The notes: generated from the sequence alone by a model not told the origin. A stretch of 19,316 nt of DNA from an uncultured archaeon (GCA_964559215.1 CAZLFZ010000024.1:1-19316), one strand, 5' to 3'. Shown: positions 1 through 7,237, counted from the first letter of the stretch. Numbers and translations are program-made.

Positions 1-1
1 A

Positions 2-185
2 TCCCGAGGGGGAGATTTGAACTCCCGACCTATCGGTCTCTCTCGAGCGACTGCGTTTGTCAAACACACTCATAAGACCGTTCATTCATCACAGTGTGCT
101 CGCCTTTAGCCGGCATGGAAGTGTTGCATCTTTTTCCACTTCCATTCCAACAGCCGATCGCTCTAATCCACTGAGCTACCTCGGG
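2..185 (-). tRNA. intron-containing tRNA, probably tRNA-Tyr(GUA), with a ~110-nt intron
   Basis: The reverse complement reads CCCGAGG-TA-GCTC-AGTGGATTA-GAGC-G-ATCGG-CTGT(T)..[intron]..AGA-CCGAT-AGGTC-GGGAG-TTCAAAT-CTCCC-CCTCGGG-A. Acceptor, D, anticodon and T stems all pair perfectly. The C1:G72 pair plus A73 is the archaeal/eukaryal tRNA-Tyr identity set. Joining 5' CUGU to 3' AGA gives the canonical Tyr loop CUGUAGA, which puts the intron at 35/36. A canonical 37/38 splice would instead give CUGUUGA (GUU, Asn) with an atypical G37. The intron contains two internal hairpins. Confidence 0.7.
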
Positions 186-269
186 GCTGTAATAGATTAT
201 AACTAATAATGCTTAAAAATTTAATGTGAATCGTGTTCGCAGAGATTAGGTGTGGCAGGTCCGGGATAT

Positions 270-1631
270 TCAGGCGGCCAGAAATGTTTGCTTGGACGTG
301 ACTTTTGACCTCTTCCCGCCAGCCGTCAAATACTTCATGTAAGCCTTGGGCAGCTTGAGGTGACCGTTGACCACGGGCCTTACGTTATAATGAATTATTC
401 TGTGGTCTCTCGGCTCTATCGCACCAAGCGACCAGACCAGTTCGGTTCCGTCTTCTGTTTGCCTGATTGCCGGTTTCACGGTCTCGAATTTTCCCTTGAC
501 CTCGAAAAGAGGTGAAACTTGGTCCCTGATAACAACGTTTGTTATCTTTTTGCCGGCGTTCTTGATTTCCAGAACAGTGGTATAGTCACCCCCTTTCTCA
601 CCTCCCATTTTCTTGATCAGCTTTGGTGCGTTGGCCTTGTTCCACCCAAAGACGAAAAAGGATACCAACAAAACGGCTATCACCAGGCCTTCGACAATGA
701 GCGGCCAGTATTCGATCCTGTATATGATTTGCAGGCTTTCCTCGGGGTTAAGTTTTCCGACAAGCCATTCACACCAGTCATCCTCGCATTTGACAGGCTG
801 CCTGGAAAAACTCAGGAAACCGGTGGGAACCTGGCTTTTGACCTTGTAGTCCTTTTCTATCACATTGCCCTCGTTCGCTATGGTTATCTTCACTTCGTGA
901 AAAAGCGGGGTGTCCGTTTCCTCTTCCCTCTTCACCATCCTGTGCACGGACTCTATGTTGAAATATGACTGAAATTCAATATCGGTGCCTTTCACCTGAA
1001 CCTTTGCCGTGTATTTGCCTGCGACTATGTCAGTGTGAATCGGAATCCTGTGAGTGACGTTTTTTTCGCCTTCCACGGTGCTTGTCCGCGTATCTGTGGC
1101 AATTATCACGCCGGAATCGCTCACCAGCGAGAAATCCATAGTGATGGCCTTTTCGGTTCTTGAGGACAAGGTCATTTTGAAATTCACGCCTTCCGCGTCC
1201 TTCCATATTTCATGGCCAAGCACCCCGATCTTCTCTTCTCCCTCACCTATTACGTTGAGGTAGATTTTTTTGCTCACCATCATATTCGGGTTGCTCACTG
1301 ACTGGAAAAAAACCTCGTAATCGTAATCCCCAGGCTTGTCATTTGGGTAAAAATTGAGCTTGAAATTTCTGCTTGAATGGGCAGGCATCTCCACATAACT
1401 TGTATCGATATTTATCCAGTTTGCTGGGGAGCCGGCTACAAACATGTAAAAACTCTCTGCACGCTCGAGATTATTTTCTCCGGTAATGTAGAATAAAGCG
1501 GGCTGTTTAACGTTCACTGTCCGCACCAGAGGCGAAACATCTATTTTCAGGCCTTGGGCATCCTGGGCAGCAGCTAGGCTGATATTCATAAGAAAGATTG
1601 CGGCAACAAGACCCAAGATCAACTTCTTCAC
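270..1631 (-). CDS. secreted or membrane-anchored surface protein with beta-sandwich-like repeats, function unknown
   Basis: The 453-aa ORF starts at GTG. It has an N-terminal signal peptide (MKKLILGLVAAIFLMNISLAAA), a long extracellular beta-rich region, one TM helix near residues 310-330 (YWPLIVEGLVIAVLLVSFFVFGW) and a ~120-aa cytoplasmic tail. I recognise no catalytic motif. Confidence 0.55.
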   Translation of the reverse strand: MKKLILGLVAAIFLMNISLAAAQDAQGLKIDVSPLVRTVNVKQPALFYITGENNLERAESFYMFVAGSPANWINIDTSYVEMPAHSSRNFKLNFYPNDKPGDYDYEVFFQSVSNPNMMVSKKIYLNVIGEGEEKIGVLGHEIWKDAEGVNFKMTLSSRTEKAITMDFSLVSDSGVIIATDTRTSTVEGEKNVTHRIPIHTDIVAGKYTAKVQVKGTDIEFQSYFNIESVHRMVKREEETDTPLFHEVKITIANEGNVIEKDYKVKSQVPTGFLSFSRQPVKCEDDWCEWLVGKLNPEESLQIIYRIEYWPLIVEGLVIAVLLVSFFVFGWNKANAPKLIKKMGGEKGGDYTTVLEIKNAGKKITNVVIRDQVSPLFEVKGKFETVKPAIRQTEDGTELVWSLGAIEPRDHRIIHYNVRPVVNGHLKLPKAYMKYLTAGGKRSKVTSKQTFLAA

Positions 1632-1757
1632 GTTATCAACTCAGTATATTATGGTCTTTAATTGTATATTAAATTTATAAATTCAAACCCTGCTTCGTAA
1701 GTTTGCAACTATAGCCATGCTAACACCCAAGGAAATCATCGGCCCAATTTTTATTTA

Positions 1758-1770
1758 TATTTTATTTATA
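1758..1770 (+). promoter_or_regulatory. TATA-like box (TTTATTTATAA) about 25-35 nt upstream of the tRNA at 1793
   Basis: An AT-rich box sits at archaeal promoter spacing upstream of the GGGGCCG tRNA 5' end. Confidence 0.3.
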
Positions 1771-1792
1771 ATCACCAATATGATAGATACAT

Positions 1793-2047
1793 GGGGCCGT
1801 GGTGTAGCTAAACCCTTTTTGCCATTGGCAGGCGGAAGGGCTCTGCAGTGGTCTAGCATCTGGGCTTAAAGCAACCCAAGGGGTCAATGCCCCTGGGGTA
1901 ATTGCCTAGCGGGTGACGTCAGGCGTCAGAAATAGTCCAAGACCTGAGTTCAATAACCTTTTCGCGCAAGTAAACGCCATAAAAACGTCAACGAAAACAC
2001 GCTGACGCAAAAATCGTGCAAAGGTTGGACGAATCTCGGCGGCCCCA
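1793..2047 (+). tRNA. multi-intron tRNA (three insertions); isotype unresolved, deduced loop UUAAAGA with anticodon AAA
   Basis: The 5' end is GGGGCCG-TG-GTGT-AGC and the 3' end is CTCGG-CGGCCCC-A. The T-stem CTGAG (1944-1948) pairs with CTCGG (2035-2039) across a 79-nt insertion (1954-2032) inside the T-loop, which splices to TTCAA+AT = TTCAAAT. There is a ~40-nt structured insertion in the D-loop (1809-1848) and a ~62-nt insertion in the anticodon loop (1872-1933), between stem TGGGC (1861-1865) and GUCCA (1935-1939). The exon lengths sum to ~74 nt. Confidence 0.5.
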
Positions 2048-2093
2048 TTCCATATTTATATTAATTTTTCATACAATACATCACCCCCAAAAC

Positions 2094-2283
2094 GGGGCCG
2101 TAGTGTAGCTTGGTCTATCACTCGAGACTGGGGGTCTCGTAACCGGAGTTCAATAAGCTTTTTGCCCAAGTAAACGGCGGGAGCAAGTTCCTTGTTTCCG
2201 CTCATGCGTAAACGGATAAAAACAATAAGGAAAAGTCCGCTGACGCAAAATGCGAGGAGCTTGGACGAATCTCCGCGGCCCCA
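2094..2283 (+). tRNA. tRNA-Pro(GGG) with a 115-nt intron in the T-loop (2154-2268)
   Basis: The gene reads GGGGCCG-TA-GTG-TAGCTTGGTCTAT-CAC-T-CGAGA-CUGGGGG-TCTCG-TAAC-CGGAG-TTCAA[intron]AT-CTCCG-CGGCCCC-A. The anticodon is GGG with G37. T-stem CGGAG/CTCCG is compensatory relative to CTGAG/CTCGG in the neighbouring tRNA. The intron is homologous to the T-loop intron of the tRNA at 1793. Confidence 0.7.
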
Positions 2284-2316
2284 TCAAATTTATTTCCTTT
2301 GCCGCAAATATTACTA

Positions 2317-3168
2317 ATGCTCGGCTTAATTTTGCTCGTTGTTGGAATAGCGGGGTTTGGCCTAGGGGGGTATCTGGATTTGCGCTACACGGAGTTCCCT
2401 GACTGGTTGCCATACTCCATGATAATCCTGGCGCTTGTGACAAGAGGGGTTTTTTCTTTCATCATGAACGATTTCTCAATCCTGACCAATTCGATTTTAA
2501 TCGGTTTGGGGTTCCTAGGATTTGGCCTGTTGCTTTATTATGGCAGGCAGTGGGGGGATGGCGATGCCTGGATGCTGGGCGCTCTCGGTTTCCTGTTCCC
2601 GGATGCGACCGGATTTGCGCCTGTTGTTGAAAGCGTGATACCCTTTTCAATGACCATGTTTTTCAATTTTTTCATGACATCTCTTTTTTACCTCATTTTT
2701 TATGCTGTTGTGCTGGGTCTTAGGTCGCCTAAGGTGTACGAGACCTTCATCAAAAACCTCAGGGGCAATGTGAGAAGAATTGGTTCGGTATTCTTTGCTT
2801 TGTTGACCGTATCGTTATTATTCACCATCTATTTCGGGCAGCTATTATCCATACCTGTCTACGATTTTTCCGGCATACTTAGCATACCTGTTTTGGCGGT
2901 GCTTATACTCCTGTTCTTCCAGTACGCCAAGGCCGTGGAATCAGACCTGTTCAAGAAAAAAATTCAAGCGAAAGAGCTTAAGGTGGGAGATGTTCTGATA
3001 GCGGACAGGTGGAGGGGCCTCACGGAAAAAGAAGTTGAGCGGATGAAAAAGAAAGGCAGGCAGGTCTGGATAAAGGAGGGTGTGCGCTTTGCCCCTGTTT
3101 TTATAATCTCCCTCATCGTCACGCTTTTTTACGGATTCTTGGGTGGGCTGCTGTTCCCGGTTCTCTAG
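2317..3168 (+). CDS. type IV prepilin / preflagellin peptidase (A24 family, PibD/FlaK/EppA-like)
   Basis: It is a polytopic membrane protein with two Asp motifs at PibD/FlaK-like spacing: GGYLDLRY, and WGDGDAWM (GxGD) about 62 residues later. The track ORF starts at TTG 2299; ATG 2317 (MLGLILLV) is more likely. Pilins carrying class III signal peptides are encoded at 9321-10488. Confidence 0.7.
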   Translation: MLGLILLVVGIAGFGLGGYLDLRYTEFPDWLPYSMIILALVTRGVFSFIMNDFSILTNSILIGLGFLGFGLLLYYGRQWGDGDAWMLGALGFLFPDATGFAPVVESVIPFSMTMFFNFFMTSLFYLIFYAVVLGLRSPKVYETFIKNLRGNVRRIGSVFFALLTVSLLFTIYFGQLLSIPVYDFSGILSIPVLAVLILLFFQYAKAVESDLFKKKIQAKELKVGDVLIADRWRGLTEKEVERMKKKGRQVWIKEGVRFAPVFIISLIVTLFYGFLGGLLFPVL

Positions 3169-3223
3169 TGCGTTAGCATGCCTTATAATTTTTCAGAATC
3201 ACAATCACAAAATCAGATAAAAA

Positions 3224-3289
3224 GATATAGTAAAAAATAAATAAAATAAAAAAGAAGTCTTGCGCCAGACTAGGCTTAGAACTTCTTTA
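3224..3289. terminator. bidirectional terminator region between the convergent peptidase and MC1 genes
   Basis: The oligo-A/T tract at 3224-3248 is an oligo-T on the minus strand right after the MC1 stop. A 7-bp inverted repeat (AAGAAGT at 3251-3257 and ACTTCTT at 3283-3289) lies beside it. A T-run (AATTTTTC) follows the peptidase stop. Confidence 0.3.
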
Positions 3290-3560
3290 CTCTGTCAACG
3301 CCGGCTTTGCTCACAACTGGCTTTTTGACTTTCGCTGGCAACCATGATGGCCTGTTAGCAGGTGCGCTGATTACCTTAACGGAACCCTTGAACTTGTGGA
3401 TGGAGTATGTCCCGTCCTTGTTTCTCCTGCCCCTCTCTCTGAGCTTTATGTCACCGAAGCCTCTAGCTGCAGCCTTGAGAGCAGCCTGTCGTGGTGATTT
3501 CCCTGTAAATACGTGCTTCTTACTGCCGACTTTCATTTCATAGTATTTTTTTCCTGCCAT
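3276..3560 (-). CDS. archaeal chromosomal protein MC1
   Basis: The 94-aa basic protein carries VFTGKSPRQAALKAAARG, LRERG, HKFKG and APANRPSWLPAKVKKP, closely matching my memory of Methanosarcina MC1 (FTGKQPRQAALKAANRG...LRERGTKK...APKNRPAWMPEKISKP). A GGAGGT Shine-Dalgarno sits 6 nt upstream of the ATG. Confidence 0.85.
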   Translation of the reverse strand: MAGKKYYEMKVGSKKHVFTGKSPRQAALKAAARGFGDIKLRERGRRNKDGTYSIHKFKGSVKVISAPANRPSWLPAKVKKPVVSKAGVDRVKKF

Positions 3561-3671
3561 GTTTATACCTCCTGATAAATTTTCAATATAACTATATTCC
3601 CCTGCTTTATAAATGTTACGCTTGATGTTTATTTCGGATTAAGAAGTAACAAAAAACAATACAAAAGCAAA

Positions 3672-3689
3672 CGCATGAGCGTTTATGAA
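3672..3689 (-). terminator. hairpin plus T-tract downstream of the epimerase gene
   Basis: AAACGC-ATGA-GCGTTT is a perfect 6-bp stem. On the minus strand it is followed by GCTTTTGTATTGTTTTTTG, a T-rich stretch immediately after the stop at 3703. Confidence 0.35.
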
Positions 3690-3702
3690 AATAAAACCGG
3701 AA

Positions 3703-4590
3703 TCATCCGAGGCCAAGATACCATTCCACCATCCGCTTGACTTCGCGCCTGAAATCGGCTTTTGGCCTGTATCCGAGCTCTTGTTCGGCTTTTTCTATGA
3801 CGTAGTGGCGGTTCATGGTGAGGACGTCGAGATAGGTTTTCATGCCTTTTAGCCTGGCGAGCAGATTCACCGCAAAGAACGGCATCCGGATGGGTTTTTT
3901 CCCGAGCAGCCTGACTATGGTCTCGGCAAAATTCACGAATGGAAGAGGCTCTTTGTCCGCTATGTTGTAAATGCCTTCCCCTTTACTGACAGCCAGTTCC
4001 AAGGCCTGGACCATGTCGGCCACATGGACCACATGGGTTTTGTTTTTTGTGTTCGGAATGGGGAATCCGTGCTCCAGCAACTTGAGATTCTTCTTCCAGC
4101 TGGGGCTTCCTTTGCCATAGGCAGGGGCTACCCTCAATATTACGTGATTGATCCTTGAATTCAGGATGAGACGCTCGGCCAAGGCCTTTGACTCACCGTA
4201 CGGTGTCCTCGGTGATAATGGATAATTCTCGTTGGCCTTCCCTATTATTTCACCATAGACCGAAACGGAGCTCGAGAAGATGAATTTCTCAACGCGTTTG
4301 CAGTGCTTGAGCAGGTTCTTCGTTCCGGCTGCATTGATTTCATATAGAACCGCCTTCGGCTTCAAGTAGGAGACCAGCCCCGCGAGATGCACCACTGTGT
4401 CAACACCCTTTAAGGCATTCCTCAGGGTTTCCGGTTTTGTTATGTCCCCCCTGATCACCTCTACTTTCGAAGAAAGGTCTCGGACGTCTTCGTCGGGGAG
4501 GCAAAGTATCTTTACATCATACCCCTTTTTGAGCAACCTCAGGGTGAGGTTCTTTCCAACAAAGCCCGTTGCACCAGTAACAAGCAGCAT
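3703..4590 (-). CDS. NAD-dependent epimerase/dehydratase (extended SDR family)
   Basis: The N-terminal Rossmann motif is LLVTGATGFVGKNL and the fold is SDR-like throughout. The track ORF extends to 4632, but the Met of MLLVTGATG at 4590 fits the family N-terminus. Confidence 0.7.
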   Translation of the reverse strand: MLLVTGATGFVGKNLTLRLLKKGYDVKILCLPDEDVRDLSSKVEVIRGDITKPETLRNALKGVDTVVHLAGLVSYLKPKAVLYEINAAGTKNLLKHCKRVEKFIFSSSVSVYGEIIGKANENYPLSPRTPYGESKALAERLILNSRINHVILRVAPAYGKGSPSWKKNLKLLEHGFPIPNTKNKTHVVHVADMVQALELAVSKGEGIYNIADKEPLPFVNFAETIVRLLGKKPIRMPFFAVNLLARLKGMKTYLDVLTMNRHYVIEKAEQELGYRPKADFRREVKRMVEWYLGLG

Positions 4591-4763
4591 AGATAAGTAT
4601 ATCTCGAGGACACATTTAAAAACTTGGGACATAATTTATTACAATGGACGGAAAGGTAAAGCGATACGTTCAAAGGATAATACCCAGAAAAAGGTACAAG
4701 GTAAAGATAGGCAAGGTTGAGAGATACATAAACGGTATTATTTCAAGTGGCCGGGGCGTGTTC

Positions 4764-5477
4764 ATGGGCCTCATAGACCCGGACAAGCAGAACCCGAACG
4801 AAGCCCTGCGACTTGCGAATACGATGTACGAGGGTGGCGCGGATGTTATAATGCTCGGAGGCTCCATAGGCGCCCAGGGCGTTGCGCTCGACGAGATGGC
4901 AAAGCTCATAAAGGAGAATGTCAGCATACCGTTGCATCTTTTCCCCGGCAACACCAGCAATATAACCAAATACGCAGATTCGACGTATTTCATGAGCCTG
5001 CTGAATTCAAAGAACCCTTACTGGATAACCGGGGCGCAGTCGCTGGGGGCGCCTATGATAAGGAAATACAAGATCGAGGCTATACCGACGGCTTACCTCG
5101 TCTTCGAGCCTGGCCAGACGGTCGGGTACATCGGGGAGGCCAAGCTGCTGCCCAGGGATAAGCCGGACGTGCCGGCGGCATACGCCATGGCCGCCCAGTA
5201 CATGGGGATGAGATTTGCCATTCTCGAATCAGGTTCCGGGGCACCAGCCCCCGTTCCGGTTCAGATAGTTTCTGCAATAAGACAGGTGTGCGACATAAAC
5301 ATTGTGATAGCCGGTGGGGTGAAAACACCGGAGCAGGCGAGAGAGCTCATACACGCCGGGGCGAGTTGCATTCATATTGGAACGAAGATCGAGGAAGACA
5401 AGAATCCATTGGAAAAGGTAAAGAAATTCGCAAAGGCCATACACACAAAGGCCAAGGCCAAGCAGAAAATAAAATAA
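4764..5477 (+). CDS. geranylgeranylglyceryl phosphate synthase (GGGPS/PcrB family)
   Basis: It carries GLIDPDK, IPLHLFPGNTSNI, FMSLLNSKNPYWITG and a C-terminal GG(V)KT region, all typical of GGGPS/PcrB (ether-lipid backbone synthesis). The track ORF starts at 4644, but residues 1-40 are a K-rich translation of the AT-rich promoter region, and ATG 4764 (MGLIDPDK) gives the typical ~237-aa length. Confidence 0.75.
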   Translation: MGLIDPDKQNPNEALRLANTMYEGGADVIMLGGSIGAQGVALDEMAKLIKENVSIPLHLFPGNTSNITKYADSTYFMSLLNSKNPYWITGAQSLGAPMIRKYKIEAIPTAYLVFEPGQTVGYIGEAKLLPRDKPDVPAAYAMAAQYMGMRFAILESGSGAPAPVPVQIVSAIRQVCDINIVIAGGVKTPEQARELIHAGASCIHIGTKIEEDKNPLEKVKKFAKAIHTKAKAKQKIK

Positions 5478-5495
5478 AGAAACGGCTGAATTCTT

Positions 5496-6452
5496 ATGAA
5501 ACTAAAAACTCTTGTCAAAAAGAAAAGGGATACACAATATTTCCTTTTTGGAGGAAAGGGCGGCGTTGGAAAGACGTCCCTGGCCGCAGCCGCAGCCCTG
5601 CATTTGTCCAAGGCCGGCTCGAAGGTCCTGCTCATTTCCACAGACCCCGCTCACTCGTTGTCGGATTCCTTCGAGACGAAAATCGGAGGGAAAGCCAAAA
5701 AGCTGAGCAAGAACCTGTTCGCTGTGGAGATAGAACCGAAATTAGCGATGCAGGAGTACAAGGCTCGGTTCATGCCGCAAATAGAGAAGGTAGAATACCT
5801 GCAGGGCCTTGGACTGGGAGACACGTTCGATATGATGGGAATGACCCCCGGCATAGACGAGATAGCCGCCATAGACAAATTCCTGCATTACATACAGTCA
5901 CCAGATTACGATGCGATGATATTCGACACGGCCCCGACAGGGCACACCCTGAGGTTTCTCTCCCTGCCCGACGTACTGGATTCATGGGTCGGCAAGATGA
6001 TAATGCTCAGGATGAGGCTGTCGGGAGTAACGAACCTTGTCAAGCGCTTCCTGCCTTTCGCGCAGGAAGATGAAAAAACAGACTCCGGACTTGAGCAGTT
6101 GCAGGCCATGAGAGCCAGAATAGCGCAAGCGAAAAAGATACTATCCAATCCAGACAAAACGCACTACAATCTGGTCATGATTCCCGAAGAGATGAGCATA
6201 CTCGAATCCGAGAGGTCCCTGGCTGTTCTGAGGCAGTACGGGATTCCGGTGCATGACATCATAGTGAACCAAATAATACCCAAAAATGTGCACTGCCCGT
6301 TCTGTAGCGAAAAGAGAAAACAGCAGCTTGTTCGGCTTAAAAGCATACGGAAAAAGTTCAGGGGATTCCCCATCCGGGAAGTCCAAATGTACAGGAAAGA
6401 GGTGAAGGGGTTCAAAATGCTGGAGACGGTCGGAAAAGAGATATTCCTATGA
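5496..6452 (+). CDS. ArsA/Get3-family P-loop ATPase (possible archaeal Get3 homologue)
   Basis: It has a deviant Walker A (GGKGGVGKTS), the switch/ArsA signature DTAPTGHTLRFL, and a CPFC pair near the C-terminus, like the Get3 Zn-binding CxxC. The gene lies 18 bp downstream of GGGPS on the same strand. Confidence 0.8.
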   Translation: MKLKTLVKKKRDTQYFLFGGKGGVGKTSLAAAAALHLSKAGSKVLLISTDPAHSLSDSFETKIGGKAKKLSKNLFAVEIEPKLAMQEYKARFMPQIEKVEYLQGLGLGDTFDMMGMTPGIDEIAAIDKFLHYIQSPDYDAMIFDTAPTGHTLRFLSLPDVLDSWVGKMIMLRMRLSGVTNLVKRFLPFAQEDEKTDSGLEQLQAMRARIAQAKKILSNPDKTHYNLVMIPEEMSILESERSLAVLRQYGIPVHDIIVNQIIPKNVHCPFCSEKRKQQLVRLKSIRKKFRGFPIREVQMYRKEVKGFKMLETVGKEIFL

Positions 6453-6685
6453 TGTCCGGTATCTCTGAACATTTCGTTTCCGAATAATGGATGTCTCCAA
6501 ATAACGATTTGCCCGAATAATGACGCTTTTACGCCTTACCAGTCTACACTAGTAGAGGCCCCACGGGTGGGAAAAATATCACTAAAGATAAATAGCAGCC
6601 CTGGATAAAATAGTTAACTATGCGGAGTGGAGATAACTTTAAATACCGCTTATACCTTCTATGTAGGATTGCAGTCCGATTTTCG

Positions 6686-6811
6686 CTGGATGCAAGGCTT
6701 AGCTCCTAGGGCCTTGCTTCGTCCCAGGTCCCTGCTGCCATATTAGGGCTGGAGGACGGAAGCCAAGAATTCCTATAACATAAGTTAGGACTGGCCCCTT
6801 GCATCCAGAAT
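6686..6811. ncRNA. candidate structured ncRNA (long imperfect hairpin) within a 785-bp ORF-free interval; class unknown
   Basis: GCTGGATGCAAGG (6686-6698) is perfectly complementary to CCTTGCATCCAG (6800-6811). Nested inside are CTTG-CTTC-GTCC / GGAC-G-GAAG-C-CAAG (12 bp with two bulges) and CCAG..CCC / GGG..CTGG. No ORF of 60 aa or more occurs on either strand between 6453 and 6991. Confidence 0.25.
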
Positions 6812-7237
6812 TCCAAAAAATCTCTCGTATCTATGTGGGTCATCTTTTAGGAGAAAAAGATTCATCCCCAAAATTAGTAGCACTTTGAGAAGAACAAAGT
6901 GATAGGGGATGCGTAGACTCCTGTACCTGCCACGACTCTTCTATTCATGGCCCAGCACATATGGTTTCTTTGCATAGTCTACAGATAATAATTAGCGCAC
7001 AAATATATAAACGTTTTCCTCTTCATGCCGGTTTTCGGATAATTTTTTTTCTATCTTTTGTTCTAAAATGGCCAAAAAATCTGGAAAAATATTCCAATCC
7101 AGATTTTTATTCCATTTTGAAAACAAACGCCTGATGAATTTTCTGTTACATTTCCCCGGCCCAAAACGTTCCCGGTTTTGGGTATTTTTTATGCCATTTT
7201 TTATCATTTTTTTATTAGTCCAAATCATTTAATACTC

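Noticed and set aside
519-1263. Plus-strand ORFs (519-968, 613-849, 1054-1263) antisense to the surface-protein gene
   Set aside because: They lie entirely inside a longer ORF on the opposite strand that has a signal peptide and coherent domain structure. They have low complexity and no motifs.
2150-2650. Minus-strand ORFs 2150-2443 and 2462-2650
   Set aside because: They overlap the tRNA-Pro gene and lie antisense to the prepilin peptidase. They are Arg/Pro-rich translations of the opposite strand.
5288-6073. 261-aa Arg-rich ORF and other alternative-frame ORFs across the GGGPS/ArsA genes
   Set aside because: They are out-of-frame shadows of two genes with strong family motifs. The composition (R/G/H-rich) is typical of mis-framed GC-rich coding sequence.
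6449-6540. Possible box C/D sRNA (ATGATGT...CTGA...AATGGATG...ATGACG) right after the ArsA stop
   Set aside because: The boxes are degenerate, spacing is poor and there is no terminal stem. It is not convincing without expression data.
6686-6811. Assigning the hairpin to SRP RNA helix 8 or RNase P RNA
   Set aside because: CAGGUCC...GGAAGCC resembles SRP domain IV only partially. The apical loop is 13 nt rather than GNRA. No GGAAAGUCC (RNase P CR-I) is present on either strand. Class is left open.
6992-7228. 78-aa minus-strand ORF in the AT-rich region upstream of the HAD gene
   Set aside because: It is a Lys/Asn/Ile-rich translation of an AT-rich promoter region, with no Shine-Dalgarno and no motif.
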